DNA from: Bacilli bacterium
GTDB lineage: Bacteria > Bacillota_I > Bacilli_A > RF39 > UBA660
Length of the DNA: 64,000 bases
Assembly (NCBI GenBank): GCA_900771805.1
Contig: CAAGPL010000009.1
Location: forward strand, 2,168-66,167
Reading direction: 5' to 3'
A program made the translations under genes and the position numbers. This document shows positions 56,116 to 64,000 of the stretch, in pieces; positions within the stretch are counted from its first letter, which is position 1, and each line of letters starts with the position of its first letter. Under the pieces are notes generated by a model. The model was not told where the DNA came from. It did no database searches and saw only the letters and a list, made by a program, of their open reading frames with translations.

Positions 56116-56985
56116 TTGAATGAAGAAAGAAAAGATATAAAAATTCCTATTAAATCAATAATAGAAGATGCTCTTTTAAAAAATGGTTCTAAATATGATG
56201 AAGATGAATTTAACTTACTTAGAAAGTATTTTATAGCATGTTTAAATTTAGGTTTTTTAACTCCTAATGATTTAATTTTAATGGTTAATAAATTTGTATC
56301 TAAAATAAAGTTTATTGTACTAAATTATAATAATATTAATAAAATGGATTATTATATGATAAATGAAAGTGTCCTTTATATATCAGGAGCTTTAAAAGAT
56401 AATAATTTTGCATTTTATCAAATAACATTTTATAAGGCAGTAACTGAAGTTATTTTTAATGCTAATGATAATCATATTGCAATTTCAAATGCAATATGTG
56501 AAATTACTGCAGAAAAAATCTATAATATGGATACTAATTCATCTAGGATTATAATGCCTAATAAAACAGAAGAACAAATAGGTAAAGATAAAATTGAAAT
56601 AAGAGCAGGTTATATTAACTATAATTTAATAATTTCTCTTTTAAAACAACTTTTTATTTCAAAGAATATAAATGAAAATATTTTAATTAAAGATATGTTT
56701 TTTAATTCATATGAAAATGTTTTAAATAGTAATTTTAAAGATGAAAATGATGAATTATTATTAAACGTACTAGATAAGTTATGTATAATGTATATAAAAA
56801 GAAAAATTATGAAAAAAGAAGATCCTAATGAAAAAAACTTACTAGATAAATACCAAATTATCGTAAGTGATATGTTTAAAACTATAGATCAAAATTATTT
56901 TGCATTTTTAGCATTAGTTACATCTGATGAATTAAGGCAAAAATGCATGTTAAAAATGGAAAAAATGGGTGATAATAATGAATAG
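56116..56985 (+). CDS. Hypothetical protein (289 aa) in the position usually held by mutL
   Basis: TTG start. No GHKL ATPase motifs, so it is not MutL. Confidence 0.5.
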   Translation: MNEERKDIKIPIKSIIEDALLKNGSKYDEDEFNLLRKYFIACLNLGFLTPNDLILMVNKFVSKIKFIVLNYNNINKMDYYMINESVLYISGALKDNNFAFYQITFYKAVTEVIFNANDNHIAISNAICEITAEKIYNMDTNSSRIIMPNKTEEQIGKDKIEIRAGYINYNLIISLLKQLFISKNINENILIKDMFFNSYENVLNSNFKDENDELLLNVLDKLCIMYIKRKIMKKEDPNEKNLLDKYQIIVSDMFKTIDQNYFAFLALVTSDELRQKCMLKMEKMGDNNE

Positions 56986-57376
56986 AAGTGAAGCTAGAGT
57001 ACTTATAATGACAATTTTGTATCAAATATTTATGTATGAAAGGTCAAATATAAAGTATGAAAAAGAAGAAGTTATAAAAGAAAATACACCAGTTGATAAT
57101 TTATTTGTAAGAGAAATAGTTAATGGTGTTTTAGATAAAAAAGATGAATTATATAAAAAGGCAGATGAAAATTTAAAAGACTGGAAGATGACTCGCTTAG
57201 GTTTAACGGATCAAGCAATATTATGTATAGGTTTATATGAATTACTTTATACTGATACTCCAGATGTAGTAGCTATTAACGAAGCTGTTGAACTTGCAAA
57301 AAAATATTCTGATGACAAAGTTAAAAATATGATTAATAAGGTTTTAGATAACGTATATAGAGAAAAGATAAATTAA
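56978..57376 (+). CDS. nusB: Transcription antitermination factor NusB
   Basis: MNRSEARVLIMTILYQ..., ...DQAILCIGLYELLY..TP..VAINEAVELAK.Y. Confidence 0.85.
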   Translation: MNRSEARVLIMTILYQIFMYERSNIKYEKEEVIKENTPVDNLFVREIVNGVLDKKDELYKKADENLKDWKMTRLGLTDQAILCIGLYELLYTDTPDVVAINEAVELAKKYSDDKVKNMINKVLDNVYREKIN

Positions 57377-57404
57377 TTATAAAGTTAAAAGGAATAAGTT
57401 TTAC

Positions 57405-58184
57405 TTATTCCTTTTTTAATATATCTAAAACATGTGATGATGCTCCTAATAATTCTTTCATTTCACAAGTTTTAAGATGATAATTCAAATAAATATTAAA
57501 AGTTTCATCATCCATTTTATTAATTACCTGTCTTATATAGTCTGATGGACCGTCTTGAGAGATTATTTTAACTCTTTTAAGTTTTGCTTTGCACTTTAAA
57601 TAATTTATATCTTTTATTCTAACCATACTATATAAATCAGTTTCTTTAGGGGTTATATGAAAGTTTTCATCTACATCATTATTTTTTATTGCAGATATTA
57701 TGTTATTATCCATAAATCCATGCTTTATAATGGCATATTCATTCATATAATAGCTTATTAAAATAAATCCACCTTCTTTTACAATTCTTTTAGCTTCCAT
57801 TAAAGCTTTTAATTTATATTCCATACTAATTAAATGATATAAAGGTCCAAAAAGTAGTACCATATCAAAAGAATTATCTTTAAATTTAGATAAATCTAAA
57901 GCATTACCTTGGTATGCTTTAACGCTTTTATTCTTTCTTTTTAAAGTCATTAAATTATGTTTTATAAGTTCAACTGCTGTAACATTATATCCTTTATCAC
58001 TTAAATAAATAGAGTATTTACCGCATCCTGCTCCTACATCTATTATTTTTGGATTATCTATTTTTTTTAGTATTTCATCTATGTATTTTATAGTTGTATT
58101 AAACTCTACAATACCGTGTCTATGAGTTAGTCTTTTATCTTCATTAAACTTGTTATAATATGTAATTAAATTTTCTTCGTTCAT
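57405..58184 (-). CDS. Class I SAM-dependent methyltransferase
   Basis: IIDVGAGCGKYSIYL motif I and FDMVLLFGPLYHL. Confidence 0.8.
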   Translation of the reverse strand: MNEENLITYYNKFNEDKRLTHRHGIVEFNTTIKYIDEILKKIDNPKIIDVGAGCGKYSIYLSDKGYNVTAVELIKHNLMTLKRKNKSVKAYQGNALDLSKFKDNSFDMVLLFGPLYHLISMEYKLKALMEAKRIVKEGGFILISYYMNEYAIIKHGFMDNNIISAIKNNDVDENFHITPKETDLYSMVRIKDINYLKCKAKLKRVKIISQDGPSDYIRQVINKMDDETFNIYLNYHLKTCEMKELLGASSHVLDILKKE

Positions 58185-58290
58185 TTTATCACCTTTTATA
58201 TAATAACTAAATTGTCACTATTAATCAACATTTGATTATTTTTGTTTGATTATAGATAAGATAAATGATATAATACTAACAGGTGATAAA

Positions 58291-59145
58291 ATGAAAAAGA
58301 GTATTTTATTTTTAAGTGTTGTAGTAGTTTCTTTATTTATGTCTTTTACACATGTTAAAGCATTAAATAAAATATATTTTGAAAGTGATAATTTAAAAAT
58401 TGCACCTTCTAATACTAAAGAAGTAGACGTATATATAGAAAGTGATAATGATTTTTCAAACGTAAAATTAAATTTTATAACGACATCAAATTATATTAAT
58501 TTTTATAGTATTGAATATAATGACATATTTACTAGAACAGTTGAAGCTAATTTAACTAATTTAACTTCTAAAACTAAGATGAAATCAGGTACTAAAATTG
58601 CTACTGTTAAATTAAAAGCATCAGATAGTGCAGCAATAGGCACTACTGGATATATAAGAGTAATTAATGCATCAGTAGATGATGTTAAAGTGCAAAACAC
58701 ATCATTATTAGTAAGTGTAAGTGATGATGATAAATCTTCTAATAATAATTTAAAGGCAATTACTTCTAATTTGATTTCTATAGATTTTAATAAGGATATT
58801 ACAGAATATACTTATACAATTGATAATGATATTAAAAAGCTTGATTTAAAAGCATTACCAGAAGATTCATCAGCTAAAATAGATATATCTGATCAAACAT
58901 TAAAAACTGGTGAAAATAAAATTAAAATAACAGTTACAGCTGAAAATAATGAAAAGAAAATATATACTATAACTGTTAATAAAAAAGCAGAAGAAAAAAC
59001 TATTAATAGGACAAATAAGAAAAATAATAATAGTGATAATAAAATGGCCAAACCTAATAAGAGTGGATTTTTAATATTACTTGTTTTACTTATTACTGTT
59101 TTATTCTTTGATTTAGTTTGGATTAAAAATAGAAAGAATAAATAA
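58291..59145 (+). CDS. Secreted, C-terminally anchored protein with a cohesin-like N-domain and a cadherin-like beta-sandwich domain
   Basis: Signal peptide ...FTHVKA|LN. NNLKAITSN...FNKDITEYTYTIDN....L...A..D..AKIDI......L..GENKIKITVTAEN.EKKIYTITV matches the cadherin-like pattern. C-terminal TM segment plus a KNRKNK tail. Confidence 0.6.
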   Translation: MKKSILFLSVVVVSLFMSFTHVKALNKIYFESDNLKIAPSNTKEVDVYIESDNDFSNVKLNFITTSNYINFYSIEYNDIFTRTVEANLTNLTSKTKMKSGTKIATVKLKASDSAAIGTTGYIRVINASVDDVKVQNTSLLVSVSDDDKSSNNNLKAITSNLISIDFNKDITEYTYTIDNDIKKLDLKALPEDSSAKIDISDQTLKTGENKIKITVTAENNEKKIYTITVNKKAEEKTINRTNKKNNNSDNKMAKPNKSGFLILLVLLITVLFFDLVWIKNRKNK

Positions 59146-59153
59146 AAAAGAAG

Positions 59154-60590
59154 GTGTTTAATTTGAAAATATTAAATATAATTTTTTCGGTTTTATTAGT
59201 ACTTATATATTCATATTTTTCATATTTACTATTTGATATAGGGCTTTTATCTGGAAAATATGGAATTATATTATTTATTATTTTAACAATTATAATTTTA
59301 CTTATTATAATTGGAATTATAAAGGGTAAAAAAATTTGTAAGATAATTTCTTATATTTTCTATGTTATATTTTTACTTATCTTTATAGTAGGAATTTATT
59401 ATTTAAACACTACAATAGCTTTTATTGATAGTTTTGGTAAAAAAGATAAAACTGATTATGACAATTACTATGTAGTTGTTTTAAAAAATAGTAGATATTT
59501 AAAGTTAAAAGATTTAAATAATAAAAAAATTGGTATGTGTAAAACCTTAGATAGTAATGTTTTAAAAAATATTAAAATTAGTTTTGATAGCAAAGAATAT
59601 GAAGAATGTGAAAGTTTAAAAGAAGCTTTTTATGAGAAGAAAGTAGATGCATTAATATTAAGTGATGTAGATGAGTTTTTACTTAGTAATATTGATTCTT
59701 TATTTGAAGAAAATGTAAGAGTTATACATACTATTAAAATTAAAAAATTAACTAATGATGAAGAAAAAGAGACAATAGATGTTTCAAAAACTCCATTTAC
59801 GGTATTTATAAGTGGAATTGATACATATGGTGCTATATCAAAAGTAAGTCGCAGTGATGTTAATATTATAGCAACTGTAAATCCAATATCAAATGAAGTA
59901 TTACTTACTACAATTCCAAGGGATTATTATGTACAATTAGATGGAACAACAGGTTATAATGGAACAACAGGTTATAAAGATAAACTTACTCATGCTGGAA
60001 TTTATGGTATTGATAAGTCTATTAAAACAATTGAAAATTTACTTGATACAAAAATTAATTACTACGTAAGAGTTAATTTTGATTCTGTTGTAAAATTAGT
60101 AGATGAAATTGGTGGTGTAAACATTTACTCAGATAGAAATTTAAAGTTTTGTGATATAAAACAAGGCTATAATTATTTAGATGGTAAGTGTGCTCTTAGA
60201 TTTGCAAGAGAAAGACATTCATATGAAACAGGAGATAGACATAGAGGTGAAAACCAAGAAGAAGTTATAAGAGCAATAATTGAAAAAGTATCTAAATCAA
60301 ATACTATTTTAACAAAATATAATACAATTCTTACTAACTTACAAAATAGTTTTGAGTCTAATGTTTCACCAAAAACAATTAAAGATTATATTAAAATGCA
60401 AATTAAAGACATGCCAAGTTGGAATGTTAAAAATCTTAATTTAAATGGATATGATTCTCATAATTATACATATTCATATAAGGGTAGTAAGCTTTATGTT
60501 ATGGAACCAGATTATAATACTGTAAATAAAGCAAAAGAAATAATTAATGGAATGCTAAATAAAAAAACGTTTAGTGAACTTGGAATATAA
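59154..60590 (+). CDS. LytR-CpsA-Psr (LCP) family phosphotransferase with an N-terminal TM/accessory region
   Basis: FISGIDT...RSDVNIIATVNP......LTTIPRD.Y, and RFARERH....GD..R..NQ. The start may be TTG 59163. Confidence 0.85.
   Translation: MFNLKILNIIFSVLLVLIYSYFSYLLFDIGLLSGKYGIILFIILTIIILLIIIGIIKGKKICKIISYIFYVIFLLIFIVGIYYLNTTIAFIDSFGKKDKTDYDNYYVVVLKNSRYLKLKDLNNKKIGMCKTLDSNVLKNIKISFDSKEYEECESLKEAFYEKKVDALILSDVDEFLLSNIDSLFEENVRVIHTIKIKKLTNDEEKETIDVSKTPFTVFISGIDTYGAISKVSRSDVNIIATVNPISNEVLLTTIPRDYYVQLDGTTGYNGTTGYKDKLTHAGIYGIDKSIKTIENLLDTKINYYVRVNFDSVVKLVDEIGGVNIYSDRNLKFCDIKQGYNYLDGKCALRFARERHSYETGDRHRGENQEEVIRAIIEKVSKSNTILTKYNTILTNLQNSFESNVSPKTIKDYIKMQIKDMPSWNVKNLNLNGYDSHNYTYSYKGSKLYVMEPDYNTVNKAKEIINGMLNKKTFSELGI
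59943..59978 (+). repeat. Near-perfect 18-nt in-frame tandem duplication (GTTGYN/GTTGYK) inside the LCP domain
   Basis: ggaacaacaggttataat followed directly by ggaacaacaggttataaa. Confidence 0.95.
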
Positions 60591-60602
60591 AGGAGAATAT
60601 TA

Positions 60603-61271
60603 ATGGAAACAATAGATTTAAAAGATATGTTTTCTTATTTTAAGTCAAAAATAAGTATTATAGTATTATTTATAGTAGTAGTTGGTATTATGGGCTGTTT
60701 ATATGGTTTATTTATTCAAAAACCAGTTTATAAATCATCTACTTCTATAGTTTTAATAAGTGAAAGTCAAACAGGTGCAACACTTACATATAATGATGTT
60801 TCATTAAATCAAAATTTAGTTAGTACTTATTCTGAAATAATAAAATCAAGAAGAGTGTTAAATCAAGTTATTGATAACTTATCTTTAGATTATAGTTATT
60901 CTAACTTATCTAATAATGTTGAGGTATCTTCTGTTACAGGAACTCAAATAATTAAAATATCAGTATCTGATAGAAATAATAAAACTGCTATGAAAATAGC
61001 AGATGAAATAGCAAAAGTATTTGCAAAAGAAATACCTGAATTATATAACATTTCTAACGTAAATATACTTGATTATGCTGAAGCAGCATCTAATGCTTAT
61101 AACGTTAACTTTATAAAACAAAGTATAATTTACTTACTTGTTGGTTTGGTATTAGGTCTTGGAATAACATTTGTTATGTATTATTTTGATAGATCTGTTA
61201 AAAATATAAGTCAAGTAGAAGAGAAAATAAAATTACCGGTACTTGCAACGGTAAGGGAATATAGGGGGTAA
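60603..61271 (+). CDS. Wzz/CpsC-type chain-length determinant (BY-kinase transmembrane modulator)
   Basis: TM segment, then P.Y.S...I.......LTYNDV..NQNLVSTY.EIIKSR.VL, then a C-terminal TM segment. Confidence 0.85.
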   Translation: METIDLKDMFSYFKSKISIIVLFIVVVGIMGCLYGLFIQKPVYKSSTSIVLISESQTGATLTYNDVSLNQNLVSTYSEIIKSRRVLNQVIDNLSLDYSYSNLSNNVEVSSVTGTQIIKISVSDRNNKTAMKIADEIAKVFAKEIPELYNISNVNILDYAEAASNAYNVNFIKQSIIYLLVGLVLGLGITFVMYYFDRSVKNISQVEEKIKLPVLATVREYRG

Positions 61272-61273
61272 TT

Positions 61274-61945
61274 ATGAGTAAAAGTGAGTTAATTGTTGTA
61301 AATAAACCAAAATCAACTATTAGTGAAGATATTAGAACTCTTAGAACTAATTTAGATTTTTCTCTTTCAGCTAATGATCAAAAAATAATTATGATTACAT
61401 CTTCTAATCCTTCTGAAGGTAAAAGTTTTATATCAAGTAACTTAAGTGTATGCTTTGCACAAAATGATAAGAAAATTTTATTAATTGATGCAGATTTAAG
61501 ATTAGGTAGACTTCATAAGATGTTTGAAATATCTAATAAATCTGGATTGTCTAACTTAATATTAAATTATGATGAAGATGTACATTATGAATCATATATT
61601 CAAAAAACAGATATAAAGAATTTATTTGTTATTCCAAGAGGAATTGTACCACCAAATCCATCTGAACTTTTATCTTCAAATAAATTTAAAACTATAATTA
61701 ATGATTTAAAGAAGATATTTGATTACATTATAATAGATGCAACACCTATTAATGGACTTTCTGATGCACTTGTTTTAACAAATGTATCAGACTTAGTAGT
61801 AATAGTATGTAAATATGGTAAAACTGATTTAAGTGATTTAGAAGAATGTAAAAAACAACTTATAAATGCTGATGCTAAAATAGCAGGTGTTGTAATAAAT
61901 AGTATGCCAAAATCTAAAAATAAATATGGTTATTATACAGAGTAA
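61274..61945 (+). CDS. CpsD/CapB-type protein tyrosine kinase
   Basis: Walker A SSNPSEGKS, LIDADLR, IIIDATP, and a C-terminal Tyr-containing tail KNKYGYYTE. Confidence 0.85.
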   Translation: MSKSELIVVNKPKSTISEDIRTLRTNLDFSLSANDQKIIMITSSNPSEGKSFISSNLSVCFAQNDKKILLIDADLRLGRLHKMFEISNKSGLSNLILNYDEDVHYESYIQKTDIKNLFVIPRGIVPPNPSELLSSNKFKTIINDLKKIFDYIIIDATPINGLSDALVLTNVSDLVVIVCKYGKTDLSDLEECKKQLINADAKIAGVVINSMPKSKNKYGYYTE

Positions 61946-61951
61946 ATTCTT

Positions 61952-62674
61952 ATGATAGATATGCATAACCATATATTGTATGGTATAGATGATGGATGTA
62001 AAACTATAGAAGAATCTATAGAAACTATTAAAAATATGAAAAAAATAGGCTTTAATAGTATAGTTTTAACACCACATTATATAGAAGATTCTTCATTTAA
62101 AGCTAATAATAATTTAAAGTTACAAAAATTAGAGATATTAAAAGAAGAATTATTAAAAAATAATATAGATGTTAACTTATTTTTAGGTAATGAAATATTT
62201 ATTAATGAAAGCATAAATGAACTTATAATTAATAAAGAAATACGTTCTATTAATAATACAAGATATATATTAATAGAACTTCCATTTAATAATCAAATAT
62301 TAAATTTAGATGATTATTTATATGAATTAAAATTAAAAGGCTATAAAATAATAATCGCACATCCAGAAAGATATACATATTTTAAAGATAATTATGAAGA
62401 AGCTAGAAAATTATACGATAGTGGAGTCTTATTTCAAGTTAATTATGGAAGCATTATAGGTCAGTATGGTTCTTCTTCTTTAAAACTAGTAAAAAAGCTT
62501 TTAAAAGATGATATGGTAGACTTTATATCAACAGATATACATAAACCTAGTTCTAGTTTATTTGATAAATTTGATGATATTAAACATAAAATAATTAAAA
62601 TAATAGGAGAAGATAAATTTAAAGATATATCTTATAATAATATTTTAAAAGTTATTAATGATGAAGATATTTAA
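61952..62674 (+). CDS. CpsB/YwqE-type PHP-family protein tyrosine phosphatase
   Basis: MIDMHNHILYGIDDG start, TPH, AHPERY, DIH. Confidence 0.85.
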   Translation: MIDMHNHILYGIDDGCKTIEESIETIKNMKKIGFNSIVLTPHYIEDSSFKANNNLKLQKLEILKEELLKNNIDVNLFLGNEIFINESINELIINKEIRSINNTRYILIELPFNNQILNLDDYLYELKLKGYKIIIAHPERYTYFKDNYEEARKLYDSGVLFQVNYGSIIGQYGSSSLKLVKKLLKDDMVDFISTDIHKPSSSLFDKFDDIKHKIIKIIGEDKFKDISYNNILKVINDEDI

Positions 62675-62706
62675 AATAACAAAGATGTTTTAATCTTTGT
62701 TATTTT
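62673..62706 (+). terminator. Rho-independent terminator after the phosphatase gene
   Basis: AATAACAAAGAT-gtttta-ATCTTTGTTATT followed by Ts. Confidence 0.8.
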
Positions 62707-62900
62707 AATATATAAAAATTAGTTCTTTTTATAAAATAATAAAATATTTTATAATATAAATAAAAAAATCATATAAATTACAAAAAACGACATAATATTT
62801 ATAGATAAACAATTATAGTATGCAAATTATATAGAAAGGACTGATTATTATTAATAGTTTTATAATATTTTTGATTGGAGTTTTCGTTGGAGGATTATTT

Positions 62901-62984
62901 ATGACATTTGTAATGTGTGCTCTTCAAATAAGTAAATTAGCAGAATATCAAGAAATATATAAAAATAATACTATTTTAAAATAG
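62901..62984 (+). CDS. Possible tiny ORF (27 aa from ATG; 37-46 aa if a TTG or ATT start is used)
   Basis: SD GGAGGA lies 6 nt before ATG 62901. The extended frame reads ...FLIGVFVGGLFMTFVMCALQISKLAEYQEIYKNNTILK. Terminators flank it on both sides. Confidence 0.25.
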   Translation: MTFVMCALQISKLAEYQEIYKNNTILK

Positions 62985-63084
62985 TATTATTTTTTTTTAC
63001 ATATAAAGACAAAATAATTGCATAGTAAATTGATTTTAATCAATAAATGTGATAAACTTTTTATTGCGGAGTAAGGTGATATAA

Positions 63085-64000
63085 ATGAAAAAAATAAATG
63101 GAGTAGTAAATAAAAAAATCACAAAAATTTTAGTATTTGTGGTATTAGATGTATTAGCTTTAATTTTGTCTTCACTGGCATCAGTAGGACTAAGATTTGA
63201 TTTTAGCAATATACCATCTAATTATTTATTAAATTCATATAGATATTTAATATATGATTTTATAATAATGTTTGTAATTTTTATGTTTTTTAAGTTATAT
63301 ACAAGTATGTGGACTTATGCTTCAATTGTAGAACTTATTGATATAATTTTTTCTTGTATATTTTTTGAATGTGTAAGTTATGCTTATAAAGGTATGTTTA
63401 AAATTGAAATGCCAAGAAGTTATTATATAATCCAATTGTTATTATTAATATTATTTGTATGTATGTCTAGATTTTCTTTTAGGTTTATAAGATTTTTGAT
63501 AATAAATGTTGAAAATAAAAGAAAAAAGAATAATACTATGATAATAGGTGCTGGTTCAGCAGGTAAATTATTAATTAATGAAATCAATAATAACCAAAAA
63601 GAATTTACAAATAGAATAATGTGTATTATTGATGATGATAAAAATAAAAATGGTACCTATATAAATGGCATACCAGTAGTAGGCGGAAGAAAAGAAATAC
63701 AAAAATATTGTACTAAATATAATATAAATGAAATTATAATAGCAATACCATCTGCCTCAAAAGAAGTTATTGGAAAAATTTCAGAAGAATGTTCTAAAAC
63801 AAAATGTAATATAAAAATATTACCAGCTATAACAGCACTTATGGATGATAATGATTCTAAAGAAATAATGAAGAAAATGAGACCACTTTCTTATGAAGAT
63901 TTTTTAGGAAGGAATCAAATTGTAGTAGATAATAATGAAATAATAAAACAAATAAAGGATAAAGTTATTTTGGTAACTGGTGGTGGAGGTTCTATTGGTT
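63085..64000 (+). CDS. CapD/EpsC/PglF-like membrane-bound polysaccharide biosynthesis dehydratase (partial, runs off the window end)
   Basis: Four N-terminal TM segments, Rossmann motifs IIGAGSAG and VTGGGGSIG. SD AAGGTGA precedes ATG 63085. Absent from the ORF track because it has no stop in the window. Confidence 0.8.
   Translation, partial: MKKINGVVNKKITKILVFVVLDVLALILSSLASVGLRFDFSNIPSNYLLNSYRYLIYDFIIMFVIFMFFKLYTSMWTYASIVELIDIIFSCIFFECVSYAYKGMFKIEMPRSYYIIQLLLLILFVCMSRFSFRFIRFLIINVENKRKKNNTMIIGAGSAGKLLINEINNNQKEFTNRIMCIIDDDKNKNGTYINGIPVVGGRKEIQKYCTKYNINEIIIAIPSASKEVIGKISEECSKTKCNIKILPAITALMDDNDSKEIMKKMRPLSYEDFLGRNQIVVDNNEIIKQIKDKVILVTGGGGSIG

Overview
Very AT-rich (about 25% GC by eye) chromosomal segment from an endospore-forming Firmicute (Clostridia- or Erysipelotrichia-like). 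It uses the standard code: ORFs end at TGA, TAA and TAG, and the long housekeeping genes are intact. About 90% of genes are on the + strand. All family calls come from reading the translations by eye; no BLAST, HMM or folding was run.

The backbone is housekeeping and sporulation genes in Bacillus-like microsynteny blocks:
- yceD-rpmF
- rpsU-yqfC-yqfD-ybeY-dgkA
- ireB-ruvX-DUF1292-trmR-U32-U32-greA
- tig and lon
- spoVID-ysxE, then valS
- proS, then dnaG-sigA-trmK-yqfQ
- mutS and nusB
- spoIIIAH-like, gerE-like and gerM-like genes, and one tRNA-Arg(UCU)

The accessory content is:
1. A Tad/Flp-type pilus secretion locus (tadE-like x2, tadZ, tadA, tadB, tadC) with no flp pilin or tadV that I can find, followed by an Ig-like membrane protein.
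2. A small bacteriocin module next to the tRNA: a C39-peptidase ABC exporter plus two unannotated short peptides with ...IKAG|AS leaders.
3. A minimal type IV pilus/Com-like set: an N-terminally extended PilC, PilD, a short PilB and pilin-like genes.
4. A 1295-aa wall or surface adhesin and a cadherin-like surface protein.
5. The start of a capsule/EPS locus: LCP, Wzz, a BY-kinase, a PHP phosphatase and CapD.

The most unusual observations are:
- A bL32 gene carrying a 9-residue N-terminal extension almost identical to the Prp-cleaved propeptide of Firmicute bL27.
- The flp-less Tad locus.
- The AG-leader two-peptide bacteriocin candidates, with no immunity gene.
- A Val T-box that controls an unknown ORF translationally coupled to valS.
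- A coupled pair of coiled-coil proteins, one with a PE(V/I)PK repeat, upstream of an orphan spoIIIAH.

I recognised no rRNA, CRISPR, transposase, integrase or prophage genes.
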